Assembly: GCF_036321535.1 (NCBI RefSeq)
Contig: NC_087437.1
Location: 98,396,001 to 98,460,000, forward strand
DNA: 64,000 nucleotides
Origin: Camelus dromedarius
Lineage: Eukaryota
Direction: 5' to 3'
In this document: positions 54,240 through 64,000 of the stretch, piece by piece
Position numbering within the stretch: the first letter of the stretch is position 1
How the letters are laid out: every line of letters starts with the position of its first letter
Position numbers and translations under genes: made by a program
Notes under the pieces: model-generated
Databases searched by the model: none
The model's input: the letters and a program-made list of their open reading frames with translations, nothing else
What the model was told of the DNA's origin: nothing

Positions 54240-54510
54240 TTCTCACTCCTTATTTCAACAAATATTGATGAAGCACCTACAGCATTTTAAGGGCTGCACC
54301 AAGTACTAAAGGTACGATGGTGGACTTGGTGCATTTTTAAAATTTATAGTCAGGAGGAGGCAGGTTTTAAGCACAATGTTACACTGATGGAATTATTTAA
54401 TAGCCATTGTGTTAGGCCCAAAAGAAATATAAAGTGTCACGAGAACATAAGCTAGAAGGAAACCAACCTAGTCTGGGGAGCTAAGGCAGCCTTTCCTGAC
54501 AGGAGTCAAA
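54240..54510 (-). mobile_element. L2 fragment
   Basis: atttcaacaaatattgatgaagcacctac...aacctagtctggggagctaaggcagcctttcctga. Confidence 0.65.
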
Positions 54511-54589
54511 AGCTTAGGGGTCCAAGGATCAAAGTCAGGGCCCTGATGGTCCCAGCAAAGGGAAAACATGGGAGTGAACCCTGATGCAT

Positions 54590-55275
54590 TTTTTAAAAAC
54601 TTTAAAATTTAAAATTATAATTATAGACTGACAGGAAGTTGCAAAATGAATACAGAGTATGGTGAAACTTTCACTGGCTTCTTCCAATGGTAACATCTTG
54701 TACGACTGTAGTGTGATGTTAAAACCAAAAACTTGATATTGGTCTAGTGGTATAACTTGAGTAACTAGACTACAGTCTTGGTTGTTACCAGTTTTTATAC
54801 ACACTCATTTGTGTGTGTGTGCATGTGTATATGTAGTTCTACCTGGTTTGGCCCCATGTGAAGATCCATATAACCACCACCACCACCACAATCAGGGAAC
54901 AGAGGTGTTCCACCACCACAAAGGGGCTCCCTCTTGCTTTTTATTTAGAGCCTCACCAATGCCTCATTCCTGTCTCTATTCCCTGGGAATCATTCACTTA
55001 TCCTCTGTCTCTCTAATTTTCTCATTTAGAAAATGTTACAGAATGGAATCATACAGTAGGCAACCTTTCTGAGACTGGCTTGTTTTCACTTATTCATGAT
55101 GTCCTTGAGACCCATCCAAGCTGTTGAAGGTATCAATACTTTGTTCTTTTTTTATTGCTGAGTAGTATTCCATGGTATGGATGGATTGGAGTTTACTGTT
55201 AACTCACTGAAGGACACCTGGGTGACTTTTAGTTTGGGGCTATTATAATAAAGCCTCTATGAATATTTGTGTATC
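54590..55275 (-). mobile_element. L1MC-like 3' UTR fragment
   Basis: acaggaagttgcaaaa...ccaatggtaacatcttg...aatggaatcatacagtag...ttttattgctgagtagtattccatggtatgg. Confidence 0.85.
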
Positions 55276-56499
55276 TAATGCATTTTTGAGGAGGGAGAAA
55301 AAGGCTATTGTTGTTCAGCACAAAATGAGGCTTGTTGGGGGCCCAATTATGCAAAGACACAAATCCTTTCTGGATGGAGAATGTAGAAGAACAAAAATGA
55401 ATGAATAAATAAGTAAGAGGAAACTGAATGCAAACACAGAGTGTTTTAAGGACTCTGGCTTTTGGTGTTATATCAGATATCCAGATGGTTGCCTTTTATT
55501 TTTCAGTTTTTATTTGACTGTTTGCACATAATGAGGTGGTCAGGCTTGAATACTAGTTTACAGATGGATGAGGGGGGAGGGTATTCTATACTTGAGATAG
55601 CTAATTAAGACATAGTCTCTAAAAACAGGCTTATAGAAACTTTTCTTCCCTCTGTTCACTGAGAAAAAAAACTTATATTTAGTAAAAGAATTTTATTGGA
55701 AGCACCAAATTGAAAACTGTCAGCTCAGATTCTGCAGCTTAAGGAAGATTCGGCCTAGTGGTGTGTTGATTGAGAATGGAGAAAAACAAACTGGGAAAGC
55801 ATGAGTGTACTGGGTTTTCTGTAAATCAGCAGACATGGCAAAATGAGAAATGAGAATTCCGATCGAGTCAAATGTCTGCAGAGAACAGGTGATCTCCTAC
55901 CAGAGGAAACGTGGTTTTGAAAATTAACATTTTTACCTACTTTATTGACATTCACTTTCTTGATACTGTTTAATTCATTAATTTTGAGGGAGGAGGTTGG
56001 TGCCACTCAAAAGGCATGAGTCCCATTCTAAGAGATGAGAAGAGAAAACCACCAAGGGGATTTTGGAATCAAACCAGCTTGATCTAATTTAAGCCAGTTT
56101 ATCAAAATAGTTGTTCATAAAGGATGTTTTGCTCATTAGAACCTCTGGGTGTTTGTGTTTTCCTATGTCGAGAATGCAGCCTCACTTTCTCTTTGCCAAC
56201 CTGAATTCTAGCAGTCCTTCATGGGATAGTCTGAGCTCATCCTTCTGTGAAGCCTGCCATGGAACTCATGCCTTCTTTCACTGATGTCCCATTATAGTTA
56301 CAAGATCGTGCAGATTTGTACTTAATGGCTGTCAAACTGTCACGTCTTAATCATATACGCCCAACCAGATTTAATTAATTCAGTGAAATATATACAAGTA
56401 AAATAACAAAATATAAAGTTTGAAAGACGGAAGAGGAAAGTGTACTAGGAAAATCCATTATACCAATGCCCAAACTTTCCATTTCAAAAACCTTTCAAT

Positions 56500-56860
56500 G
56501 TAATGATAACATTCTATATTGGAGGGTTGATGTGAAATATACACAGTAATATACACTTGATAGATATTTTCATTGGGACTAGTCTTTCAGGAAAGCCACT
56601 TGGACTCTTAAAATTTCTATATCCTTGGACCGAATACACCCATTTTTATTAATTTTTGTCCAGGTAATTATTAGAGGTACAGACAAAAAGTTACATATAA
56701 GATTGTTTGTTGCAGGATTATTTATGACATAGAAAAATAAAAATAACCTGAAAGGGAACTTAATAAATTAATAAATTTCCTTGCAGGTATTAAAACTAAG
56801 TTTTCAAAGAATATTTAATGGCATGAGAAAATCCTCATGTTGTGATAAAAAATGGGAATA
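56500..56860 (+). mobile_element. L1ME fragment
   Basis: tatatccttggacc...aagattgtttgttgcaggattatttat...atatttaatggcatgagaaaat. Confidence 0.5.
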
Positions 56861-57249
56861 TAGAGGACACACCCCATTCAAATCAGACCCAATCCAGGCT
56901 CCTTTCTGTTTCTCCTCTTTTCTTTCTTCTTTCAGCGCTTTTGCCATAAACCATTTGCATCTGGGAAAATTGGGACTTGCTTTGGAAATTCATATTCTGG
57001 TTTCCAAAGCTAACACACATCTAGGGATAATTTCAAATAATTGGAACAAAATACATTCAACACTAAATATATAAATCTTAAACTATAGAGAACAGAAGTT
57101 AATCTTTTGTCAGTTATATGTCAAATATTACTGTGCTAGTTAGAAGAGATTTCTGCTAATAAATGGACAAATCACCCAGCTTTATTGTACCATGATCTAC
57201 ATTATGTTGTATATAAAGCCACATTATACTCACACGTTACCTTGGAAAT

Positions 57250-57389
57250 AATACCTGTAGTTGAGTCTTGTTATAGTTCTTGTTCTGTCTGATTGTAGTT
57301 GTGTGACATTGGAAAGTTTTTTTCTCTTTCTGGATCTCAGTCTCAACTGTGAAATGAGCATACATGTTTGTCATCCTCCCAAGGTTATT

Positions 57390-57424
<35 letters not shown>

Positions 57425-57445
57425 ATGCCTGTGTGTGTTTGTGTG
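57250..57445 (+). mobile_element. MIR fragment followed by (TG)n microsatellite (57392-57445)
   Basis: tagttgtgtgacattggaaagtt...tctcagtctcaactgtgaaatgag, then a TG run. Confidence 0.65.
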
Positions 57446-57659
57446 AAGGTAATAAGACGGACATTTCAATGATAGATGAAAAATCTGAAGTATATAACCT
57501 CTAATAACTCTTTAAGATACATAAATTTTGACTGTGTGATGTCATGAAATATATTTTGTCTCCTGTTATGTTACTTCTCTCTTTGTAACTGGTGGTGTGG
57601 CTTCTGCTGAATTCTCTCCAGTGCCTCAAAGAGCACAAATGCTTGTGGATAAAATTAGG

Positions 57660-58250
57660 TCTTATTATATTAGCAAAGGTTGAAAAGTTTGAGAATACAC
57701 AGTGTTGTAAAGGATGTGAGGAAACAGGCACTGCCAAACACAGTGAGTGTAGATTGATTTTGGAAGGCAATTAGGAATAACCTATCTAAATTTAAAAAGC
57801 ATGTACTGTCTATTCAGCCATTCTATTTCTAAGACTATTCTATAATTATTCTTGTAAATGTGGAAAGATTTATGTACAAGGATGTTCTTTGCAACATTCT
57901 TTACAACAGAGAAAAATACATACAACTCAAAATGAGTACTGGATACGTAAAATATGATATGACGGAAAACTATTTGGCTATTCAAAAGAATGAGTTGAGT
58001 CTGTATGTACTGAAATGGAAAGATGTCTAAGATATTTCAGTAAGTGAAAATAGCAAATTGAAGAATTTGTATGCTGTGATATTATGTAAAAAGAAATAGG
58101 TGTTCATATAAATTTGAATAGAAAAATTTTGGAAGGTTGTAAAGAGTCATTAGGAGCAGTTGCCTCCACAGAATGGAGCTGGGGAGGGTTGTTTTGTTCT
58201 TACATATTGCTTAAATTGTTTACTAGCAACTTGTATTATTCCTATAACAA
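57660..58250 (+). mobile_element. L1ME 3' fragment
   Basis: aaggatgtgaggaaacaggcact...attcagccattctatttcta...tgtacaaggatgttc...aaatggaaagatgtctaaga. Confidence 0.75.
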
Positions 58251-59253
58251 TAAAGGAGGAATTTTCACTTATAAGGTTAGAAATAATAAATAAATTAACA
58301 AAGTTGCAATGATCATTTTTGTGCTAGATATTGTGCCCTTTTATGCACTATTTTATTTGGGGGGACTCCCGGAAAGGTAGCACTCCATCATCGGCTATAA
58401 TAAGTTATACATCAGGTTGTTTTCCAAAGAGTTGTGCCATTTTAAGATATTACCAGCCTTGTATGAGAGTAACAGAGTAATATTTTACTTGTATTATTTC
58501 TAAAGCAATTGTTTTCGTTAATTTATAGTACACATGTAAACTTACTGTTTTTATTTTATCAGAATTTGTGGTAGCCCATTTGTCATTTATTTTACTGTTG
58601 ACAATTTACGTTAAGGAAATATTCTAAATGCAAACAACAATAAACTAACAAACTTTATGATAAAAATTATTATTCTAGAAATATCTACAATAGTAACAAC
58701 TTAAAATTCATGAAGAACAGTTAATTATGGTTTATCCACTCTACACCAAGGGATTATTTGGTTAGTATTTAGTTATTAACTATATATACCAATAATATAA
58801 TAATGCAGAAGTAGACTATACATACTAGGTTGAGTAAATGAAGAAAAGTTAACATATATAGTTACAGTTATTGGAACTACAGAAGAATTATATATCTATT
58901 CATAGAAAAAACAATGGAAGGAAAGTCATTAAAGAGTCAAATTGGAAGCAATTTTTATTAAAATGGCAACAGTTAAAGATATTTTCCCCTCTATTCAGTA
59001 TCTGAAGAGTTAGAATTAAACTAAATAAAGACTATGTGTTTATTGGTACAAGGTCAAGGTCAGGGCTCAGTAAAGGTCAGTGCCCCTTCCACACTTACTA
59101 TAAAGTAGAAAAGACTATGTTCCATGTTCTGCTCTGCTATATGTTAGGAAAGCCAAACTTTTCTGTCATATCTGTCTTTTCTGTCTTTATTTCCTTTCTG
59201 TACTCTTTTTCTCAGTCATACTCGATAAGATTGTGGATCCCCAGATGGTAATT

Positions 59254-59465
59254 CTATACAAAACTACAATAAAATATAAAACAAACAAAAATATTCAATA
59301 TCTTGTAAACTTTAATGAAAAAGAAATGAAAACAAATATATGTATGTATCTCCATGATGTGGACATTGTGCTGTACACCAGAAATTGACACATTGTAATT
59401 GACTGTCAATAAAAATATATAAATAAAAATACATATATACATACATACATACATACATACATAAA
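59254..59465 (+). mobile_element. Short, younger L1 3' end (camelid/cetartiodactyl type) with (ATAC)n tail
   Basis: atattcaatatcttgta...ggacattgtgctgtacaccagaaattgacacattgtaattgac, then an A-rich tail and (ATAC)n. Confidence 0.8.
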
Positions 59466-60722
59466 GGCCACTACTTACCTCTCCTAAAAAAAAAAAGAAC
59501 AAAAACTTCTCCAGATAATGCAGAAAAATGTAAGGTAGAGTCTGTGTGTTTCCAGAAAATTGTAAAGGTGTGGAAAAGGGTAGTTTATGTTGGCAGTGCC
59601 ACCATATTTAAGGAGAAAAGCAATGATACGGATGCCTGATATTTTGATGGATAGCTGAAGGCACAATTTCCCTTTCCTCTATAAAGAGACATGACTGGTG
59701 ATGTTTGAGTGAATGCCACATACTGACTCATGGAATTGAGAATTGTATGAAAAATTAAGAACAAGCTAGCTTCAGTTTTTCCTGTATTTATCAAATTTGG
59801 CAAGCAGAAATTTTAAGAGTTTAATGATCTAGTTTGGGAATTGTTTTGCCTCAGAAATTTGCAGTTATTTTTCCTAAAACATGGGAGACTGTCAAAAGGA
59901 AGACAATCAAAAGATTGTATCTGATGGTAGGGCTGGCGATGGGAAGACTGGAGATATGGATGGACATTAGAACAGGGAAACCCCTTCCAAAACATGTACA
60001 ACAATCAAAGAAAAAGCTAAACAATGGGGTAAATAATTAATTCCCAGGGTCTGAAGTTAATAATATAAAATAAAGTTAACTTCATTGTGTAGGAAAAAAT
60101 CAAGGGGTATAGCCCATCTGAGTACATGCATATTCTATTTGTTGAAAAGTTGATCTAGAAACTCTGAAATTTCCTATTATAATCGGAGGGATGACTGAGC
60201 CCCCAAAAGATGCACTACAGCATCAGCTACACGTATTTGCTTTAATTCATTAGCAGTAAACTTTATTTGTGGCACAATCACATCTTCCTATGTTCCAAAC
60301 ACCCACATTGCTTTCTTTGTTTCCTGTCATTTTGTATACGATATGCAAATATACTCAAATTGAAATATAGCTTAGCAATTTGTAACATTGTTTAAGACCA
60401 TAAAATATAAAATATGATCACTAAATATTTTGGTTTAATGGGCCTGGTGTTCTACTACATATTTATTTTAACTCACTCTTAAAATGTCAAAAGAAACTCA
60501 AAAATCTGTTTTAGGTCCAAATGTAGAACTATTAATTTTATGGCCCAACATCTGATTAAATTTAACTATGCTTCTAAGAGTATATAGATTCCAAGCATTA
60601 GATGGGCTGACTGTCTAATCCCATCATTTTAAGTGGAAATGAACCACATCTTGCCAAATATGATAATATCCTGAGGGAGGGAGAAAGGGAGAAATGATAC
60701 AACAGAAGATGTTTGGAGGCTC

Positions 60723-60796
60723 TGTGAATTTATGTCCTCCTCTTGGGAGGCTAACCAAAACATTTTAATACCTCCAGTACCCACACTTGGGTAAGA
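60723..60796 (+). repeat. Direct repeat B, copy 1 (pair at 63261-63335)
   Basis: Identical 22-bp core cttgggaggctaaccaaaacat; about 12 differences over 75 bp. Confidence 0.9.
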
Positions 60797-61619
60797 CAAT
60801 GTGAAAGTAAAAACAGTTTTCAGTGATTTCTCTTGCATTGATAAACCTATTATCAGTGTCAGTAGACTTACAGAGTTAAACACAGTGCCTGCATCCCCAG
60901 GAATAAGGGTGGGTCCGAGGCTGTATAATTTCCAGTAAACAGTTCTAAGACTTTCCCAATAGCTAGCTTTTGAGGTAATGGCATTCTTAGTCGGAGAAAA
61001 AGGGCACAGACAGGCTTATGCTCAAGGCTCTCGAGAATCCTGCTGACTGGTTCATTAAGCAGAACTGGCAACTGACTCCTAAGATAAAAGTTCTTGATGG
61101 ATTTCCAAGCCAAGGGAAGGGTGCTGAGTGACACATATAAATACATAAAGGAGAAAGAAGGGTGAGCTTGAATGGCAGTGACCTTTTCATGAAAAGTTTA
61201 TGGAAGAGGTACTAGTTATAAGACCTTAGACTGCATTCTGAAGAATTTGTTCACCACTAAACAAACGGTGAGAACTGTGTCCCCAAAGTGGGGGATTTTG
61301 GATATCCTTTATATATATATATGACAAAACTTTTGAAATAGTGTGGTCTTAGAAGTAGATTGCTACACTGGACTACTGCATATATTCTTTTTTCTTCGGT
61401 TTCCTACTGGCTTCATGTGAGACTCTGGGAAAATCTCTTGAGGATTCTTTTAACTTCCATTACTTTTATCTCTGAGTATTACGTGAGTATCTATTGCCTC
61501 AATGAGTATTTACTGATTTATATTATACATATAATTAAATGCCTTGAGTTCTATCTATAGAATAAATATATAATAGAAACAAATGATATTCAAATATATC
61601 TATTTTAAGATATAATTCA

Positions 61620-61723
61620 GGGGAGAGGGTATAACTCAGTTGGTAGAGTGTGCGCTCAGCATGCATGAGGTCCTGGGTTCAATCCACAGTACCTCTGTTA
61701 AAAAAATAATAATAAAATTAAAA

Positions 61724-61786
<63 letters not shown>

Positions 61787-61830
61787 GCTAGCAAGCCTAA
61801 TTACCCACCAAAGAAACAAATTTTAAAAAG
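61620..61830 (+). mobile_element. tRNA-derived SINE (camelid Vic-1-like) with internal (TAAA)n expansion
   Basis: A box TAACTCAGTTGG (61632-61643), B box GGTTCAATCC (61676-61685), A-rich tract, cctaattacc motif, second A-rich tail. Confidence 0.88.
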
Positions 61831-63260
61831 ATAAACAAGAAAATGCTAGTGATTAATTTTTTAACTAAGAAAAACATATACTTGGAAAACTTCTGAGCAG
61901 TGACTGCCATTTAAAAATTTTTTTTCAGAATGAATGTATCTCCAAATCTACGTGATGATAGTTTATCTCAATTGTCCTTTGTCCTATTTTTGCATCAAGT
62001 AAATCATAAGAAACATTTTAATTAGAGATTTGAAGAGGTAAAAGTATTATACTAGGCCCCAAATCCTCCTATGTTTTAAAAAATCAGTAGAAGTTGTTAG
62101 CATGATAAATCTTTGGAATGCATCTATAGGGATGAATTTTCTAAAAAGCAAACTGAAGTATGATTAAGAGTCAGCTTTCTGTGGAGATAATAGTCATGCC
62201 CGTAAGTATTTAATCATTAGTGGAAAGGTAGTATATCTTATTTTTATTTAATGAAAGTCAGTCCTCATTGCTGTTACCAATTTCTGCCAGCATTTTAGCA
62301 CTTTTCACTAGAAATTAATGTTTTACAAGCCTTACACTTTTATAATTACCATGTTTTTATTATCTTACTATTAAGTATATACCATTGACATAAGAGAATG
62401 TCTTTATAATCAGCTTAGTTTCTAAAAAGATAATTTAAAATGATTTCTATTGGCTTTTACAAATTCAAATGTTTTCAATACATATTCTAGTAAAGTACAT
62501 TAATAAAGTCCTTATTCTTTCATAACATAAAGAAGAAACAATGATTATATTGTATATTTCAACCCCTTTTGACAATGGTTCCAACATGCTTTTCTATTCT
62601 GCTCTAATTGTGGGAGAAAGGCTGGCTTAATAAATTGAATTTTAAATGATTCTAATGGAGTATTTACAGAATAACCTTAAGATGACTATGAAAGAGCCAA
62701 AAAAGTAAGTAAAGCTTCCTAAACGTGTAGTGCCATGATCCAATCAGCCATTTACAGTTGGTGAGTTCAAAGTCAGAGGACCTGGGAAAGCATTAATTCA
62801 TATGAGAAAAATAGATAGAAAGAATAATAGAAAAAAAAAAGGGAAAGACAGCTTTAGGGAATTAAATTAATGTTAATAGGTAAGGATAGAGAAACAGTTT
62901 TAAGAATAATTTTCCCTTTAAGATGCAAAGAATATGAGAAATGTGATGTTTATAAACTATGACAGGAACACTTTTCTTTTAATAATAACAATAAAAACCT
63001 AAAAAAAACCCCAACAGGTATCACCATATCAAAACTATGAGAACTCATTTAATTTATATGTGAGTAAATGTTTTCAAGTTTCATATAAAATTCATGTGTA
63101 AAATAATTTTTTTAATGATGTAGAAAAAAAACTGCCAAGAATAGAAAGTTTCTATTTTCTTCAATAATTGTTTACTGAGAGAGAAGAGGGAGTGAAGTAG
63201 GGAGAGAGGAAAGATGGGAAAAAGGAAGAAAAGAAGGAAAGAAAGAGAAAAAGTGCACTA

Positions 63261-63335
63261 TGTGAATTTACATCCACTACTTGGGAGGCTAACCAAAACA
63301 TCTGAATACCTTCAGTTCCCACATTCTGAGTAAGA
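63261..63335 (+). repeat. Direct repeat B, copy 2
   Basis: Aligns to 60723-60796 at offset 2538. Confidence 0.9.
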
Positions 63336-64000
63336 TACTACAGAAGGGAAATCAAAGACTGCTGAATACAAGCTCTCTGTAGGTGTATACACACTTTTCT
63401 AGTGGGCATTTCTTCTTAACTCTGTCATAGTCCCTGCAACGTCAGCATCCTCCAAATCTAATTCATCATCCGTCTCCCCACCCCGCTGCCTCTCTGTATT
63501 CCCTGGTGCGAGTACCATTTCCCAGATCTCTCCAGCTAGATACATTGGTGTATTTACTGACACCTACCTTTGCTTCAGATGCTACTTGTTATTGCTTCAA
63601 TGCCAGGTCTGCCTCTCAATGTATGATATCCCACTGCCTGGAATTTCATAGTCTCTGTCCATCCCCAGATTGCTCAGTTATCTCACAGTGAATTTGGTCA
63701 GGCCACTCTCTCACTGAAAAACCTACTATGAGCAGAGATTAGGTGGACCTCTGCCACTCCTTCCTTTTGTACTTGGCTTCTAGATGAAATTGACAAAGAC
63801 TTCCACTCCCGCAATTCCGTGACTTGCTGACCAAAACCCTCCCCCAAACTTTTACATATGCCTGTGGGAGTTAAATTCTCAAGTCACCTCAGCCTCTGGG
63901 CCCCGCCTCCTTAATGTACCTGATACCACCGACTCAGCCCACCCCTTGATTTTTCACAAACATTAAAACACCCACTCACATGAATATAAGTTCAATAAAC

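Noticed and set aside
690..59730. Scattered AP-1 motifs (TGACTCA/TGAGTCA)
   Set aside because: About a dozen seen in 64 kb, close to chance expectation for this 7-mer.
61620..61695. tRNA gene
   Set aside because: Has A and B boxes but continues into a SINE-type A-rich body and tail; it is a tRNA-derived SINE.
1..64000. CRISPR arrays, operons, rRNA or other prokaryote-type systems
   Set aside because: No regularly spaced repeat-spacer array and no gene-dense region; the repeat content is mammalian.

Overview
Mammalian genomic DNA, most likely camelid: it carries a Vic-1-like tRNA-derived SINE at 61620 and a camelid/cetartiodactyl-type L1 3' end at ~59254, and I saw no Alu, Bov-tA or PRE-1. 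The one clear genic landmark is a ~1.9 kb CpG-island promoter (~11890-13830). It holds the first exon of a minus-strand gene, with a strong donor CGG|GTGAGT at 12633/12632 and a possible second first-exon donor at 11920. Positions 1-11900 are best read as its large first intron. The layout is reminiscent of FNDC3B, but that is from memory and unverified. The remaining ~50 kb is upstream intergenic DNA rich in old repeats (MIR, L2, L3/CR1, L1M, MLT1, MER33, MER2B, MER103C) and microsatellites. I found no convincing protein-coding exon and no evidence of a new multi-gene system. The items most worth checking are an AUG-initiated polyglycine ORF that runs open to the exon 1 splice donor, and two old unexplained direct duplications (33825/36462 and 60723/63261). 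Repeat family names are by eye and need RepeatMasker/Dfam confirmation.
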